The translations under genes and the position numbers were made by a program. Under the pieces are notes generated by a model. It had not been told where the DNA came from. It ran no database searches and was given only the letters and a program-made list of their open reading frames with translations. 63,247 bases of DNA from Vermamoeba vermiformis (Eukaryota), in contig JBEWZL010000137.1 of assembly GCA_045837725.1 (NCBI GenBank), forward strand, positions 124,001 through 187,247. The letters are read 5' to 3'. Shown piece after piece: positions 1 through 13,768 of the stretch. Within the stretch, counting starts at the first letter, position 1, and the number at the start of each line of letters is the position of its first letter.

Positions 1-3000
1 CTTCACCAAAGATCCAGGCAGATTAGATCGACACTCCCCTCATTTTGTAAATTATACACCACGGACTTACAAAATAATACCGAGGCAAAGAATGATGTAG
101 AAAAATTAGAGGAGAAAGTCGAAAAGAGTACATCGACGAAGAGATCCAAACCCGAAGGTAACGATCAGGATCTGATCCTGTTTACAATAAATTAGGAAAT
201 TATAAATTTGATATTATATTATAATAGCCCGTCATTCAATTATAATAAACATACTCTAATTAAATTATTAAATTCTAGACGGCCAAAACATAGCCTCACG
301 CGCTAAAACAAAGCGAAAAAACAGTCGCCTGAGCAAGAAACAGACGACTGAAGTTCCAGAGAACAATGAAAGCTTGACGCAGGATGAGAGGCAGTTAAAT
401 CAACTCAAATCAATCAAAGCCAATCCTCATGCCGTGCTGCAAACGTTCAATGAATTGCAGCACAAGACAGTGCAGGCCTACACACTCGCGATCAAAGCAC
501 ACATCGACCTCAATTCGCTGTTTGCCGCGCTGGATCTCTGGCACGTGATGGAGAAGGACCCGAATGTCAAGTTGAACACGATGGCTTACAACAAGTTGAT
601 GCACATCCACTACGAGATGCACGAGTACGAGAAGATGATTGAGGTCTACCATCACATCGCGCAACACTACAAACCAAACATTGAGACCTTCCATCGCCTA
701 ATAATCATGGCTACTAGTCCTGAAGTAAACTCCGTCGAACAGGTAACAGAATTAGTCCCTGCAATCTGCACCGTGATCTGACTTGCCGTATTAGGTGAAT
801 TGGATTGCATCTGAAATGCAAAAATATGTTTCAGGTGACTTCTTCCTGACCTACGAACTGTTCAAATTTTACGCCTCTCACGACATTTGGGACTCAGCGG
901 ACAAGTATCTCGCCTCGTTAAAAGAACAAAAGAATTTACCTCCCGTACTCCCTTTGCGTAAGTTTCGAATATTGTAGTGCCATTAGTTGACACGTGTCAT
1001 TTGCAGTTCTCCAAGTTGCCAATCTGTTGAAGTTGGTCAAAACCAATCCCACTGCCACGGAAGAGATCAACAAGTCATGGGACGACTTCAACAAGAGCAT
1101 CAAGCCCCGCGAAGTCAGTTACTATGGCCGCTTGTTGAACGAGTTGTTGACCACAGACATCCTCGAGCATTTCTTGAAGCGTAAGTGACACAGTCTGTCT
1201 ATAATACCGTGCTAATAGTGCTGCAGATGATGACGCGAGAGCACACGAAGTCATTGAACGTATTACTCTTATCATGCGCGACTCAGAAGCACGAGCAACG
1301 ACTATGCGCCAACTGGTTACGAGTGCACAAAAGGCGTACAGATTGGACATCCTGCCTGACTTTGAACAATGCCTTGTCAAGTACAAGCGACAGGGTGTGC
1401 TCGCTGATTTGGGCTTCACTTATGCTTACAATGGATTAAACGACAGTACGTGAAAAAATCATGTCGTTGATCCGACTAACTTTGGAAATAGATTTGAGAC
1501 AGTTCATTGAGAGTCCGTTCAGTGATCACTTAATCATGAGCCAATTGCATCACATTATGCGCGGCATGTTATGGTGCAACACTGCCACCAAGAACCGCAG
1601 ATATTTCACAGTACCTAAAGAAGGATTTGACACTCCTGAACAACACCTTAAGAACGTCGAAGCAGCGCTAGAGTTCATTCCCTTGTTGAACAAAAAATAT
1701 GGCTTCGAGCCTACAATCGAGACCAAGACATTGATGGCACTGGGCTACATCAAAGCACGAATGAACGATCGAGCACGCGAAGTGTTAGCTGATGTGAACC
1801 CCGAACAATCAATGAACTTCAATTTGTACAAGAAGACTATGAAGTACCTCAATAAGGTAAGACAATCAAGGCATTTAAAATGTGATTGCTAATGCTCTTG
1901 TGTCAGTCCAAGGACCGCATGACTGCAGTGAGACAGCCCAACAACTTCTGGCGTGAAGTGTCGCAAGCTATTGACGAACAAGACTGCGATCAATTGAAAA
2001 AACTATTAGCTGACAATCCGTTAAGCAACTTCAGTGCCTCTCTATTGCAAAGAATTGTTTTGTGCTTCGAAAAGTTCCGTTTGATTAATGGTAAGATTAT
2101 CGTGTCTATTGTTTACGGTGTGTTCTAATTTGTATTTTCAGATGCGTTGGACTTGTGCACCAAGATCACGAATGAATACCGCGACAAAATGGACCACCAG
2201 CTGTGCAAGAGTATCGTGCGATTAGGTGAGCCTCGGCAATACGTGACATTTATTAATAGTGACTAACATGAATTATTTAGCTTTCACTTACAAGAACCAA
2301 GAGCTAGCCGAACAAGCACTCGAATTGTTCCAAACTGGTCCTTGGCAGCCCGCTCGTCTTGACTTCCGCGTCACAAATATTGTGCTCAATTACTACATTT
2401 TCACCAAACAGTTGGCCAAGGCCGAAGAGTTCTTCCAGTACTGTAAGTTGAAGAATTAATACATAATTATCATATGATATTAACGCTCTCAAAGGCATCA
2501 AGGCAGGCAGTGTGATTCGTCCATATTCATTCGGACGCCTACTGTCGCAAGTGCTCGCTGAAGGTCGATTGAGAGACGCGTGGGTCTATTTCATTCAACA
2601 GCGCACGTGTCCGCTGGGTCCTCGTTCAGTCGACAACAACGGCTATTCAGCACTGATCACCATGCTCATTTACAACAAGCTCAGCCGCTATGCCGTGGCA
2701 CTGTTCGATTCAATGAAAGAGGACTGTGTCTTGCCCGATCGATTCATCTACAAACAGTTTTGTGATATGATCTTTGGTCGCAATCGATTCAAAGACGAAG
2801 AAGTGCAAGTTTTAGATGCCAGTGGCCAACAAGTCCCGCCACCCGAACAGGTGTCAGAAGAATTGCCAGATGTCAACGTGTCATCCGATGCCAAACAAAA
2901 TGCTACCGGCGAGTCCATTGCTGAAATTCACAGCAGTCAAAAGAACTTGCCCAAGTTGCTGGCACTGATGCAGTTGCCTTTGGAAGGTCTGCCTGAAAAA

Positions 3001-3054
3001 TCAGAATACAAACTGCGCGTCGCTAAACAAACAGTACGCACACCGAAAATGTAG
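1..3054 (+). CDS. Pentatricopeptide-repeat (PPR)-like protein, multi-exon, 5' end outside window
   Basis: Consecutive + strand ORFs joined by GT-AG introns. PPR-like helices NTMAYNKLMHIHYEMHEYEKMIEVYHHIAQHYKPNIETFHRLI and GYSALITMLIYNKLSRYAVALFDSMKEDCVLPDRFIY. TAG at 3052-3054. Confidence 0.7.
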
Positions 3055-3171
3055 TTAAAAATCAAACAATAAAAACGTGTTCATTCTATTTCAGTCAGAC
3101 TTCATTATCAGATTTTTAATTCAAACATAATAGACGGCTACAATACATGAAAGTCATTGATCAAATAAACT

Positions 3172-6100
3172 TTATTTCATGTTTTCTAATTGCAGCAACA
3201 CGGTCTCAATTGTCGGTCGTTGGTCTGGTTTTAGTGCCCAACAGAGTCGCATCAACGAAGCAAATTCACTTGGGCATAGGGGCGGTGGTGGGACTCGAGG
3301 AGTGAGTCCTTCGTCTCGAATCAGCGTGCCGATAAGAATAGCATCATTAGCTTCAAAATGAGGTTCTTGCTGCACGATGACTTCATACATCAGAATGCCG
3401 AATGTCCACACATCTGAACAGGCACGATTAGCATTGTTAAATGGATTTGACATGTAATAACATACCTGACTTGGTCGAATACTGTTTGTGTTTCAGTGAC
3501 TCAGGCGCCATCCACCGAATGGGTCCAAGGTCCGATTTGGTCGTGCCTCGTTGTTGTTGCTCGTCAACCAGTCGTGACATGCCAAAGTCGGTCAGTTTAG
3601 GCTCTCCGTGGTGAATGAGAACATTTCGCGCTGCAAGATCTCGGTGCACAATGTTGTTCGCGTGCAAATGAGCAATGCCACGACCGATGCCTTGCAGCCA
3701 TGCCGTCTTCTGCTCGAGCGGGATTGATTTATCCGCGTCATACAGCATGACATCCAGTGAGCCACCATTGCAAAATTCGAGAATCAGAATGACGTTGTTC
3801 GTTTCAGGGTGCACACTAAAGCCGAATAATTGCACGACATTGGGATGAGGTCGCAAGTTGATCATCAGTGACAGTTCTGAAATGACACTTTGCTCGGCTT
3901 GTGTCATGCTCACTTTCAGGGCGACATCCGTGTTCTTCCATTTGCCTTTGAACACTTGTCCATTTGCACCTTGACCAAGTTTTTCTGCGAATTGAATGTC
4001 CTTGAACGGAGTGAACCACTCGCCAAAGCGTTGCTCTAGTCCAACCGTAGTCGTCGATCTTCTTCTTTTGCGCTTCTTGAGGAATATCACAAGGAACACT
4101 ACGAGACCAGCAATAAGCAGTGCTGCAACAATAGGCACGACAATTGCGGCGATGAGTTCTCCGTCTGACAGGCCTGAAGGGGCCAGCGAGGCTTGGGGGG
4201 TGTCGCTTCCCAATGGCGGTGTTGGTGGGACGATGACAGGGGCTGCAAAGACCAGCACACGATCAGTGTAGAAGTTGTAGTTGAGGTGTTCACCGCCTGC
4301 TACCACAGTGGCGTGCCCTGCTTGAATCGATACGGCGGGTTTGAAGGGAAAGTCCAAGTCATAAGGTGCTAGTACACCTGTAGTAGTATTGTACACGCGC
4401 ACGGTCTGATTTCCATCAAATATCAGCATTGTATCGGTGCCAAAGCTGGCGATGTTGATGAAGTCAAAAGACGAGCCAAAGTAAAATATCTGCCACGTGT
4501 CCGTCGCTGGCTCGTAGTAGCTCAGCCCGTCATAACCACCATCGGAGTTAGCAAAGAAAGCTGCGTAAATCAAATCATTGTATTGCACTCTTTGTCGAAT
4601 GGCATGAGGCCCTCCATCAGTAACAAATGCCGCAGTGGTGCTGGGCTGATCCATGGTCGTGTAGTTCATGACAAGGTACCTGTCCAAGAGCGGGTACGGA
4701 ATGAATGCACGGTCGTCGAACACTGGCGTGGTCATGAATACTTGCAAGGGCACGTTAAACCTATTTCCGTACAGGTCTGTAGAATAAGTGACATTTTCCG
4801 TGAATATTGTCCAATTCTTCGTTGCAAGGTCGTAGTAACCACAGCCAGATTTGTACCAAACCAATATTTTGTCGTTCAGAGCTGCTGCCACGGCAAAGTT
4901 GTTGAGCGGCTCAGTGGTGAGCTCTTCGGGCAAATCAATCGAGTCCTCCCATTGGTTCGTGTTGTAGTTGTAGACGTCGATCTTCTTGTAGTGCTGGTAC
5001 TGCGGTATAGTAACGTCTTCCAAAGCTAGTACATCGGTCAACATCACTGCAAATACATCGCCACTTTGTGACGTGGCTTCACCCTGGGGTTGAAAACGGG
5101 CCGTCAAATTTACCACGTTTTGGATGTCTGACACTTTGGCAGATTTGCCTGAAAAAATGTCGACAAAGTCGTCGCCGACAATATACTGTGGTGCTATAGG
5201 CACTGCTAAACTGCTAGTGCCGATGAGTACCAAGTTGCTGTTGTACGTCTTCATGGTGCTTGCAGTAACTTGCGTGGATACGACGTTGGCGTCGAACATG
5301 ACAAACGTTGTGGCATTCAAGATGAAGATTGACGACACTCTGTTGAAGCCACTCAATGTAGTAATGTTCTTGTTGACTGCATCGAAGACGTAGATGTTAC
5401 CGCCGTCGCTGAAGATGTATTGCCGACTGTTCCACGGAGCAGAGAACATGGGGTAGTCGTAGAGTTGGACGCCGCGATTGGGATAAGTGTTCGTCACACC
5501 ACTCGATATGATGACGAGTGCTGGGGGTGATGCCTTGGTCACGTAAATGATGTCGCCTAGAAATGCAAAGCCAGCCCAGATGTTGTCGTTTGACACTTTG
5601 GTCTCGCCTGTCAACCAGTTGTAAGACTTGTATATAGTGCCGAACATATGCGTGACGTCGTTCACGGTCACTGGGGTCAATGGATACTGCACAGCTGTCT
5701 CTTCAACCCATCGGTCTTGCTTCAAGTGGTACATGAGCAGGAGTGGAATGGCCGTGTAGGTCACAACAACCACGTTCTCCGACACACTCACTGTGAATAC
5801 TGCAGGTCGATCTTTGGACGTTATGTTCGAGTATTCTGTCAATGTTCTCGACGTTGTGTTGAAGATCCAAGCCGTGCTGTATATGTCCTCGTGCGTTGTA
5901 GTGTTTTCACCGCCGATCACAAAGACCAGATCTTGGTAACTGAATGCATCAGATTGGTACAATTGTAACATGAATGACGTGAGCTCGGGGTAGAATGTCG
6001 ATTGGTTGTTTTGCAGATCGAAAAAGTCCACCGAGAAATCACCGACAACTGTCAATATTGAGTTGTGCATGGACATCGAGTTGGGATGGCTGCGGACAGT

Positions 6101-6469
6101 AGGGCCAGGAGGCAGAGGGACCAAGTCACGTTTAGCAGTTGAATAAATGTAAGGCGTGTTGACTAAGTCATAACCTCCAATACAGTAGATGCGCGGTTCA
6201 ATAACGACTGGGCTAACAAATCCTCGAGGACTAAGCAAATCAATCGTGCTGTTCCATGAATTAGTCGTGATATCAAATACATCAATTTTAGTTGAAGCTG
6301 CCGAGCTGTGGTACTCGAATCCACCGATTAAATATAGTTTGCTGTCCGCCTCAGCCGCTGAAACGGCTTTTCGTGGAGAAGATAAATGAAGTTCTTGCAG
6401 CGGGGGCATACTGGCGCCGTAAACGGCTTCAACAAGCAGCACGGCCACGATGAAATATTTTAATTCCAT
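3172..6469 (-). CDS. Single-pass receptor kinase: signal peptide, kelch/beta-propeller ectodomain, TM helix, tyrosine-kinase-type domain
   Basis: Signal peptide MELKYFIVAVLLVEAVYG; kelch GG motifs (LYLIGGF, IYCIGGY, VFVIGGE); TM LIAAIVVPIVAALLIAGLVVFLVIFL followed by KKRKRR. Kinase motifs GQGANG, VALK, HRDLAARN, DFG, PIRWMAPE. One intron at 3414-3465 joins KS to DVWTFG. Confidence 0.92.
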
Positions 6470-6945
6470 TTAAATTCGAAAGGAATCTGTTAAATGAATT
6501 GTAAGTTAAAAATATTGTCAATGATTTTATTTGGTCCTATAAATTGCTATAAACAACTGATTTTATTATATTATCAAATTTTAAATTTAAAATTCCTTCT
6601 GATGAGAGCTTACTTAGTAAATATGACTGCTATTGTACTCCTGCTGAAAATAACGTTCGTTATTGTGAGGGTGGAGTTGCCCAAAAAACACTTGCGTTTC
6701 AAGGATTGATGACACCGTTGACACTTTCAAAGAACGAGTTACAGTAACTTTTAATTTCGGATTGTGAGCTGATAATTCAACGCACGAGAAGATCAGTGAC
6801 TTGATCGTTCTTCTCTTTCGTTCTTGCAGAAACTTTGCATCAATTCGTATAAACGAAAACGGTAAAAATCGGGTAATTTCTTTTAGGCATCACAATTTAA
6901 TTGCAAGATACCAGGCCTTTTCAGACTTAATTCAAACATCAACAT

Positions 6946-8543
6946 ATGGATACAATACGTGACAACCATAGCGATAGTTCTAGCGATGGACTTATGATTG
7001 AATTAGAAAGCCAAGATGCACCATCTAACACAAGATCAACACTGCCATTGTTACATAGATCAAGAGAAATTATAGCTGCCCCTCCTCGGCGTACAAATAG
7101 AGAATGGCTCGATTTAATATTAGTATTAATGACTTTATTATGGACGGAGACTGCCCGAGGTATTGTTCTCCCAACACAAGCTGAATACGTTGACGAGGTA
7201 AGAGAAAATTATTATATTTTTAATAATGATATTAATATTGTGTAGTTAAAAGGAGATGAAGTTTTTTTGGGTTATGTCGTAGCGACTTTTAGTGCCGGCA
7301 GATTTGCATCAACAATCGTTCTAGGCTACGTTTCAACTCGTTTTAGATACCGAAATATCCTATTGTTCTGCGCTGCAAGTAAGTGTCGCTTGAATTGAAC
7401 ACTTTAAGAATTTATGCTAACCTCGAGAATTGCAAGTTGCGGTGTGTGGGAACATTCTATACTTTGTCGCTGGCTTTCGCAATTTAATCAGCTACGGAAA
7501 GTGGATTTTACTCACGAGTAGATTCATCCTCGGTGTTGCTGCTGGTAAGTCGAATTTTTGCTCCAAAACGGATGTACTTATTCTCCGTAGGTGTGTTGAG
7601 TGTGGTACGCGCATACTGCGTCGAAATCAGCACTAAAGAAGAAAGAACGGGCATTATGGCCATTCAAACAGCGACGCAATACTTTGGTTTTGCAGTGACG
7701 CCTATTCTCGGTGGCTGGTTCTCGTCATTTGGCACCATTCACTTTCCATTCGGAGAAGTCGATTCAGAGTCCATGCCAGCATTTATTATGACCATAGTCT
7801 GCTTTGTGACGATGATTGGACTGATATTCATGCAAGAGCCCGTCACACGCAACGTACCCAATGCGCTTCCAGTGCCAGTGACGCAACACAAATCGTTCAC
7901 GAATGATGAGATCAAGTCACAGAGCATTGCTTTCTTCGTGTTCATTGCACTCAATGTCCTCACGCGCATGGCCCTCAGTGTCATGGAGACTCTCGGCGGA
8001 GTTTTGTTCCAAAAAGTATTTCCGTCGTCGAGCTCACTCGGCACAGGCATCTATTACGGTGTGCTGGGCTTCATTGGCATGGCAGTGCTGGTCGGAATAA
8101 TATTCTTGTCAAAGCGCGTGCAAGACAGCTTTTTGTTGCTCGGTGGATTGATCTTGATGCAACTCGGTCAAATCTTCTTGATTTCAAATGACATTGGTGC
8201 TGCGCGATTTGTGATTGGCACGGGCATCACGTGGGCCATTGGCTTTCCACTCGCTCAAACACTAGTGGTGTCCATGTTCTCTAAAGTAGTCACCTCGCCC
8301 AAACAAGTACGTGCCAATATGATTAATATTTTACATCATTACTTACCTCGACATTAACAGGGTGCTATGATGGGCTGGATCGGTGCTGGTGGTTCGCTAG
8401 GCCGAGTGATTGGTCCCATTATCTCCGGCTACATCTTCGGTGCTAGTGGTTTCGCATTGACTTTCTTGTTCGCTGCAAGCTGTTCAATGGCCGCCCTCGT
8501 TGTCCTTGGTGCTAGTTGGCGGCACGTGCAGCAAAAGAAATAA
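6946..8543 (+). CDS. Major facilitator superfamily transporter (MFSD8-like)
   Basis: Many hydrophobic helices. Motifs SRFILGVAAG, EERTGIMA, FGFAVTPILGG and GSLGRVIGP. Multi-exon, with TAA at 8541-8543. Confidence 0.85.
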
Positions 8544-8602
8544 AACAACAAGAAAAACAAACAATTAAACTAAAACTACATCAGATTTATGGCCAGCCTC
8601 AG

Positions 8603-10268
8603 TTAAGGCTTGGGCGCGGTGTTGACAGGTGTCACGGGCAATGATTTCCTCATAAAGTCGGGCAACACACGCAATTCATCGGACAGAGTGGCACCTCTGA
8701 GCAATTTGAGCTCTTTCTTAGCCTTCTTCTTCGACGCGAAATCTACACGGAATTAATTCAATCTGCCGAATGAAGTGAAACTTACCTTTGGGCAAGAAGT
8801 TGCTCGACACAGCTTTCTCTCCGAGCACACCCATCAGCTTCCATGCGGCTGCAACAAGCTCTATATACGCATTGTTAGCACTCTAATATAATGAAACCAT
8901 AAAGGTTCTCATGATACATACCCGAACAGAACACGGAGCTGAGGTCATCTTGCTTGTTGAACTTGAGCACTGAGCCAATCAAATCGTGCTTGCTCTTCTC
9001 GTAGCTAACACCAGCGAGTGACAACATGAATGGTTCAAAGTCTGGATAGTCCACGCGATGATCACCAGCAGTGCCCGGCACAGTCAAACGACGAATCACC
9101 ATCAACCTGTCAATGATTGTTTTCAGTTAGCAATTGACACGTGTCATGGGTAAGTGCGTAACATTACATTTTGCCCTTGTATTCCTCCCAATACGCGTAC
9201 AACCAGAACTTCAAGGGTGTCAACTGCACACCACCGCCGTGACGTTTGTCGAAGGTCTCGGAGTCGGACTCGAACAAGTACAACTCGTCCCCGGCGTTGC
9301 GGTCACTGATGGAGACACCCGAGGCGTTGGCGTGTTCAAGCGCAGACTGCACTAGTTCGTCAATGGATACGTTCAACTCGCTGTTCGAACTGGTGTTTGA
9401 CTCGTCCTCAGAATCGCTGTCATCGCTGCTGTCATCCTCGGCGTCGTGTTTGTTGTCCGCGTCATTCTTTGTCTCGAGCTCTACTTCGTTGTGGTCCTTG
9501 TGGCGGTGTCGCAGGCGGTGATATCGCTCTTTCAAGTTTTGTTTCTTGGTGCGCAATCGATCTTTGAATCTGTTGCGCCATGAAGAGTTTGCAGTTTGAG
9601 GCACGTGATTGTTGACCAATGACGACGCAGTTTCTTCAAGGGACTTGCGCTTTTCTTCCTAAAAATAGGGTCAGATCCGAAAAAAAGAAGAAAACTAAGT
9701 CCAATACTATGATTTAAAATGTTACAATTGAATTATATTAATAATGTCAAGTTACCATTTCGAGCAGTTGTTTGTGGTACTGATCGACTTTATACGCATC
9801 CTTAACGGCTTGAGAGGGATTTCGAACGATAATCGCAGCATGACTCCATTTTGATCGCGATGCTAGCATAGAATAATATTAATAAATATTAAGGATACGG
9901 TTAGGCCAAAATAAATTGACGGTTGGAATTTTGAAAATAAATTTAGCCCATAAAAGTGTATCATATGCAATTAATTAAAGATGAAAAGATAAGTCGACGA
10001 CATAAAGGCTCCAATTTTTGCCAAATATTTGTAAATTTCGAAATTATATTCAAATGGATCCGAAATGCTCCTGCAGCATCTGATATTTTGTTTCGTACTT
10101 ACCGCCTTCGATCACACGAGAGAAAAACTCAGTGCCGTGAAAGAGCATCACATCTCCGGTGTGCAACGTTGGAGCGAGATGTGAGTAGAAATACGTCTCG
10201 AAGTGATGACGGATGTGCTTAGTATGAAATGATGGAGTGTGAGGTGCTTGCGGTTCTATAGCACTCAT
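8603..10268 (-). CDS. Permuted papain-like (NlpC/P60, YiiX/YaeF-type) amidase/acyltransferase
   Basis: Spliced product contains LHTGDVMLFHG, SKWSHAAII (His), YLFES and VFCSELVAAAWKLMGVL (Cys after His, the permuted order). Stop at 8603-8605. Confidence 0.75.
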
Positions 10269-10377
10269 TGCTGGTCTTGCTGCTCGTTGAGTAAATTCGC
10301 TAGCAAAAATAAATATTCAAATTTAGATGTTATTTATCTCGCAAGATTGAGATAATACTACGCAACCCATATTAACA

Positions 10378-11505
10378 ATGAGCGATAATAATAATCAGAC
10401 AGAACAAGTAGTCGGTGAGCCAGTGTCAGATGGACTGCCACGCAACGAGGAAGGAAAATACTTCCCTCCAATGTATGAGGCGGCCGAAGAAGAAATTCCA
10501 CCTTTAAAAAGCGCCTCTAGGCCTGAGACATTAGTAAAGAGTAAGTTCTTTTTGATAAAAAATCAATAAATAGATGGCAATCCGAAAATATCTTTTTTAA
10601 AATTCAGAAAATTAATTCAAGCTCTTATTATCAGTTCAAATGGATAAAAATACAGAAGACAACGTATTTGTAATTGAAAATGTATTAACACCCGAGGAGG
10701 CTAAGTGGATCGTTGAACGAGGCGAAAATTTGGGTATGAAAATAGTAGAATCGAATATTATATCATAAAATATTAACATTTACACGAAGGATTTGAGCCT
10801 GCGACAGTTTACAGTGTAGAACTCGATGATAACGTCATCAGAAAAGGTACACGCTCTGTTATTCATGAAATTAATCAAACACGGACGTAACTAACACTAT
10901 TGCTATTCTGTTGCAGATATTAGAGATAATTTCAGAATTTTGGAGCAATTTCCAGCGCTATCTAAGCGAGTTTTTGAAGCTGTCAAACATTTACTGCCAC
11001 AAGAGATGGGTACGTAAATATCAAAGCCTTATTAACTTTATTAATATATATGCATAGATGATAAGAAGGTCAAATGTTTTTATCATTTGTTCCGCTATTA
11101 CAAATACAACGTTGGAAATAATTTCGCGCCACACGTGGATCACAGAGGTATTGATCGTCACAGGCATTACCAATACATATGACTAACGATCGCATATAGT
11201 ATATGACGAAGCACTAGACGGCACAGAGAGTCGATTTACATTTATTTTGTATTTGAACGAGGACTTTGAAGGCGGTCAAACAGGCTTCCCCAAACTTGGT
11301 TTTGAAGTTCAACCTAAAGTCGGCTCAGCACTCGCTTTCAGACACGAGAATGAACACACCGGTGTTGGCGTGACTAAGGGTACGTTAAGTCCAATCAACC
11401 TTTTATTTTGGAAGTAAATAAACGTTTTTTTAATTTTTCTCTATTTTAACGATGCATTTGTTAGGCACGAAGTACGTGATCAGAACGGACTTGATGTATC
11501 AATAA
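10378..11505 (+). CDS. 2-oxoglutarate/Fe(II) dioxygenase (prolyl-4-hydroxylase-like)
   Basis: Short exons encode VIENVLTPEEA, FRYYKY, FAPHVD (HxD), FILYLNEDFEGGQTGF, HENEHTG and KYVIRTDLMY. Confidence 0.85.
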
Positions 11506-11699
11506 ACAGATGCGATTAAACGAACTTGGCTCGCTGGCTTGAAATACCGGTAACATTTTTTATAGACATATATTTATTACTGATATGGAGGTATATACAC
11601 ATTTGCACAAATTGACTTGACTAGGATAAATTGAACAAATATACATCGTTTTTACATGTTATTTCCTAAAATGGAAATAATGAGCCACGTGCAGTCAGC

Positions 11700-13399
11700 T
11701 TACTGTGCATGCACAGCAGGCGGATTGAAGGGCGGAATGGAGTACCAGTGCTTCATGCCCAAGTGGTACGAGAACGAATTAATGACGTTCTTGATCCAGA
11801 TCACGTACTGCACGGCACTGAAGGCGAATGAGAGCCACATTACTGCTACTTGCATGTGATTAAGCACGGGGATGAATTTCACCAGCACATTCAAGATGAG
11901 TGGAATGTGTGCCTATAATTGGACATGAAAAATTAAACTTTGCCAAGATTCGTTTCAACAATTCAAAAATACTAATACTAATTCAATCAATTACTTGATT
12001 ATATATACCTTAAGAATCGATGGCAAATTGAGAGCTGATTTCGTGACCTCAGCGACAATCATGTGCGAGATGGTGTACAAGAAGGGCATGCTGAGTGTCA
12101 TAAGCGTGATGCGCGGGTGTTTCAAGTACATCTCAGGCACAGTGCCCACGCACAGCCACAACAGTCCTGCGATAGTGACCGTTGCGGGCACGGACAGTTC
12201 GCGCAGAGGGATCCACATGTCCTTGTTCTTGGCGCGACAGTTGCTCACCACGGCCTTAACGCTCGATATCATGGAGAAGGTCGAGGCAAGCACGGCAGAG
12301 AGTACGACCATGTGCTTGATGGCCAGTCCACCAATCAGCTGCGTGCTCCAGAAATACGGGTGATAAGCAGTCACGAGCAACATCAGTTGTGTCATGAGCA
12401 GTGCTTCAGTAGGGTTCACAGGGCCTGGTTGGAATCTCATTACACCGACCTAATGAAATATTAATAAGTTAATCACGATATAAACGATATTTCAATTGTT
12501 AGATCCAGCTCTTACGTGCAAATGCTCCCAAGTGGGTGCGAAGAAACCAACAAATGAAGCGATGAGTAGTATGACTGTCAAGTGACTAGCACCCAATGAG
12601 AGTGCGGATGGCACTGTTAGACCGTACAACACTGTCGTGATCGAGTCGCACATGTGATCGAACAACTCAGCCATTGGGCTGTGATACATATCCACTTTCT
12701 TGCACTGCAAGCCATCGAGGGCATCGAAAGTTTGATATAAAAAGAGTCCTAGCGCTGCAAAGGCAAAAGCAAGACTGTTGGAGTCCGACGGAAAATGCGA
12801 AAAGCAATCCAGATTCGGGCACGTCCACCACACAGCGAGATAGCCTATTTGAAGTAAATTTGAATATTTTAAATCAGAAAAGGCAAGAATTTCCGTTTTG
12901 GAATCGAAAGTAAAGACTTTTCGGTTGGTTCGAATCCAGATTTACGACGTGGCCTTAGCAATGTGAACCACTTAAATTGCGCTTTGGGAAAATAAGAAAT
13001 TCTGAAAATATTATAACAATACAAAGGCTTGTGGTACAAAGCAAATGCAAGCAATGTACAAATTAGCTAATTTTTAAACTCTTTACCTAACACGCCAAAT
13101 CCGAGCCCGACAGTGCTATAAATGCAGGGAGAAAGCTTCGTATCGAGAATCTTGATCATCGGGCGCCAGAAATAGTAGAATATAGGTGCCAGAATCGATG
13201 AATCAGTACCAGTATAGTGATACGATTGTAGATGGGCCACGCCTTTCTTGCCAAAGTAGTCCGGGACAACTGTCTCGGCGACCTTAAGGTATTCCTTATT
13301 GTCTTTATCCTATAGAAAATCGCATTAGCTTATTATAAGGCTCAATTTACAATTATTACAATTTAGCGAAAAGGCACATCCACGCAAACTACGTACCAT
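11700..13399 (-). CDS. CDP-alcohol phosphatidyltransferase (choline/ethanolamine phosphotransferase family)
   Basis: Signature YQTFDALDGLQ...SPMAELFDHMCD, plus YHYTGTDSS and WEHLH. ATG at 13397-13399 is followed directly by an intron. Confidence 0.9.
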
Positions 13400-13768
13400 A
13401 ATGCTTAAATGCGCTCTTTTTGACGGCTTTTCTTCCAAATATGCACCTGTTGTTGTCTAGTTTAATGTTGAGATTGAAAGATTGTGGTCCACATTTGAGG
13501 GAAATCTCTGTAATTTTCGAGCTTTTGACAGGCAAAGCAAATTTCCACCCAAATTCTAGAAAGACCGTTAGAAAATTGCGGATAGGAAAATTTGTATTAT
13601 ATCCGTACTGCAACGCGCCAGGCCACGCTCGCTAGGCAACATCTTCGCTTGATTCAGTTAATTTGGTCAGATCAAGTTTCGGGAACGAATCCAAGCCTGT
13701 AAGGAACAATTTAAATTCTTAACCCTCCATCTAACATGTTCACGAAAAGGTAGAATAGCCTAGTTAAT

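Noticed and set aside
12925-12940. GGTTCGAATCC, resembling a tRNA T-loop / B-box
   Set aside because: It lies in an intron, and no acceptor, D or anticodon stems could be formed around it.
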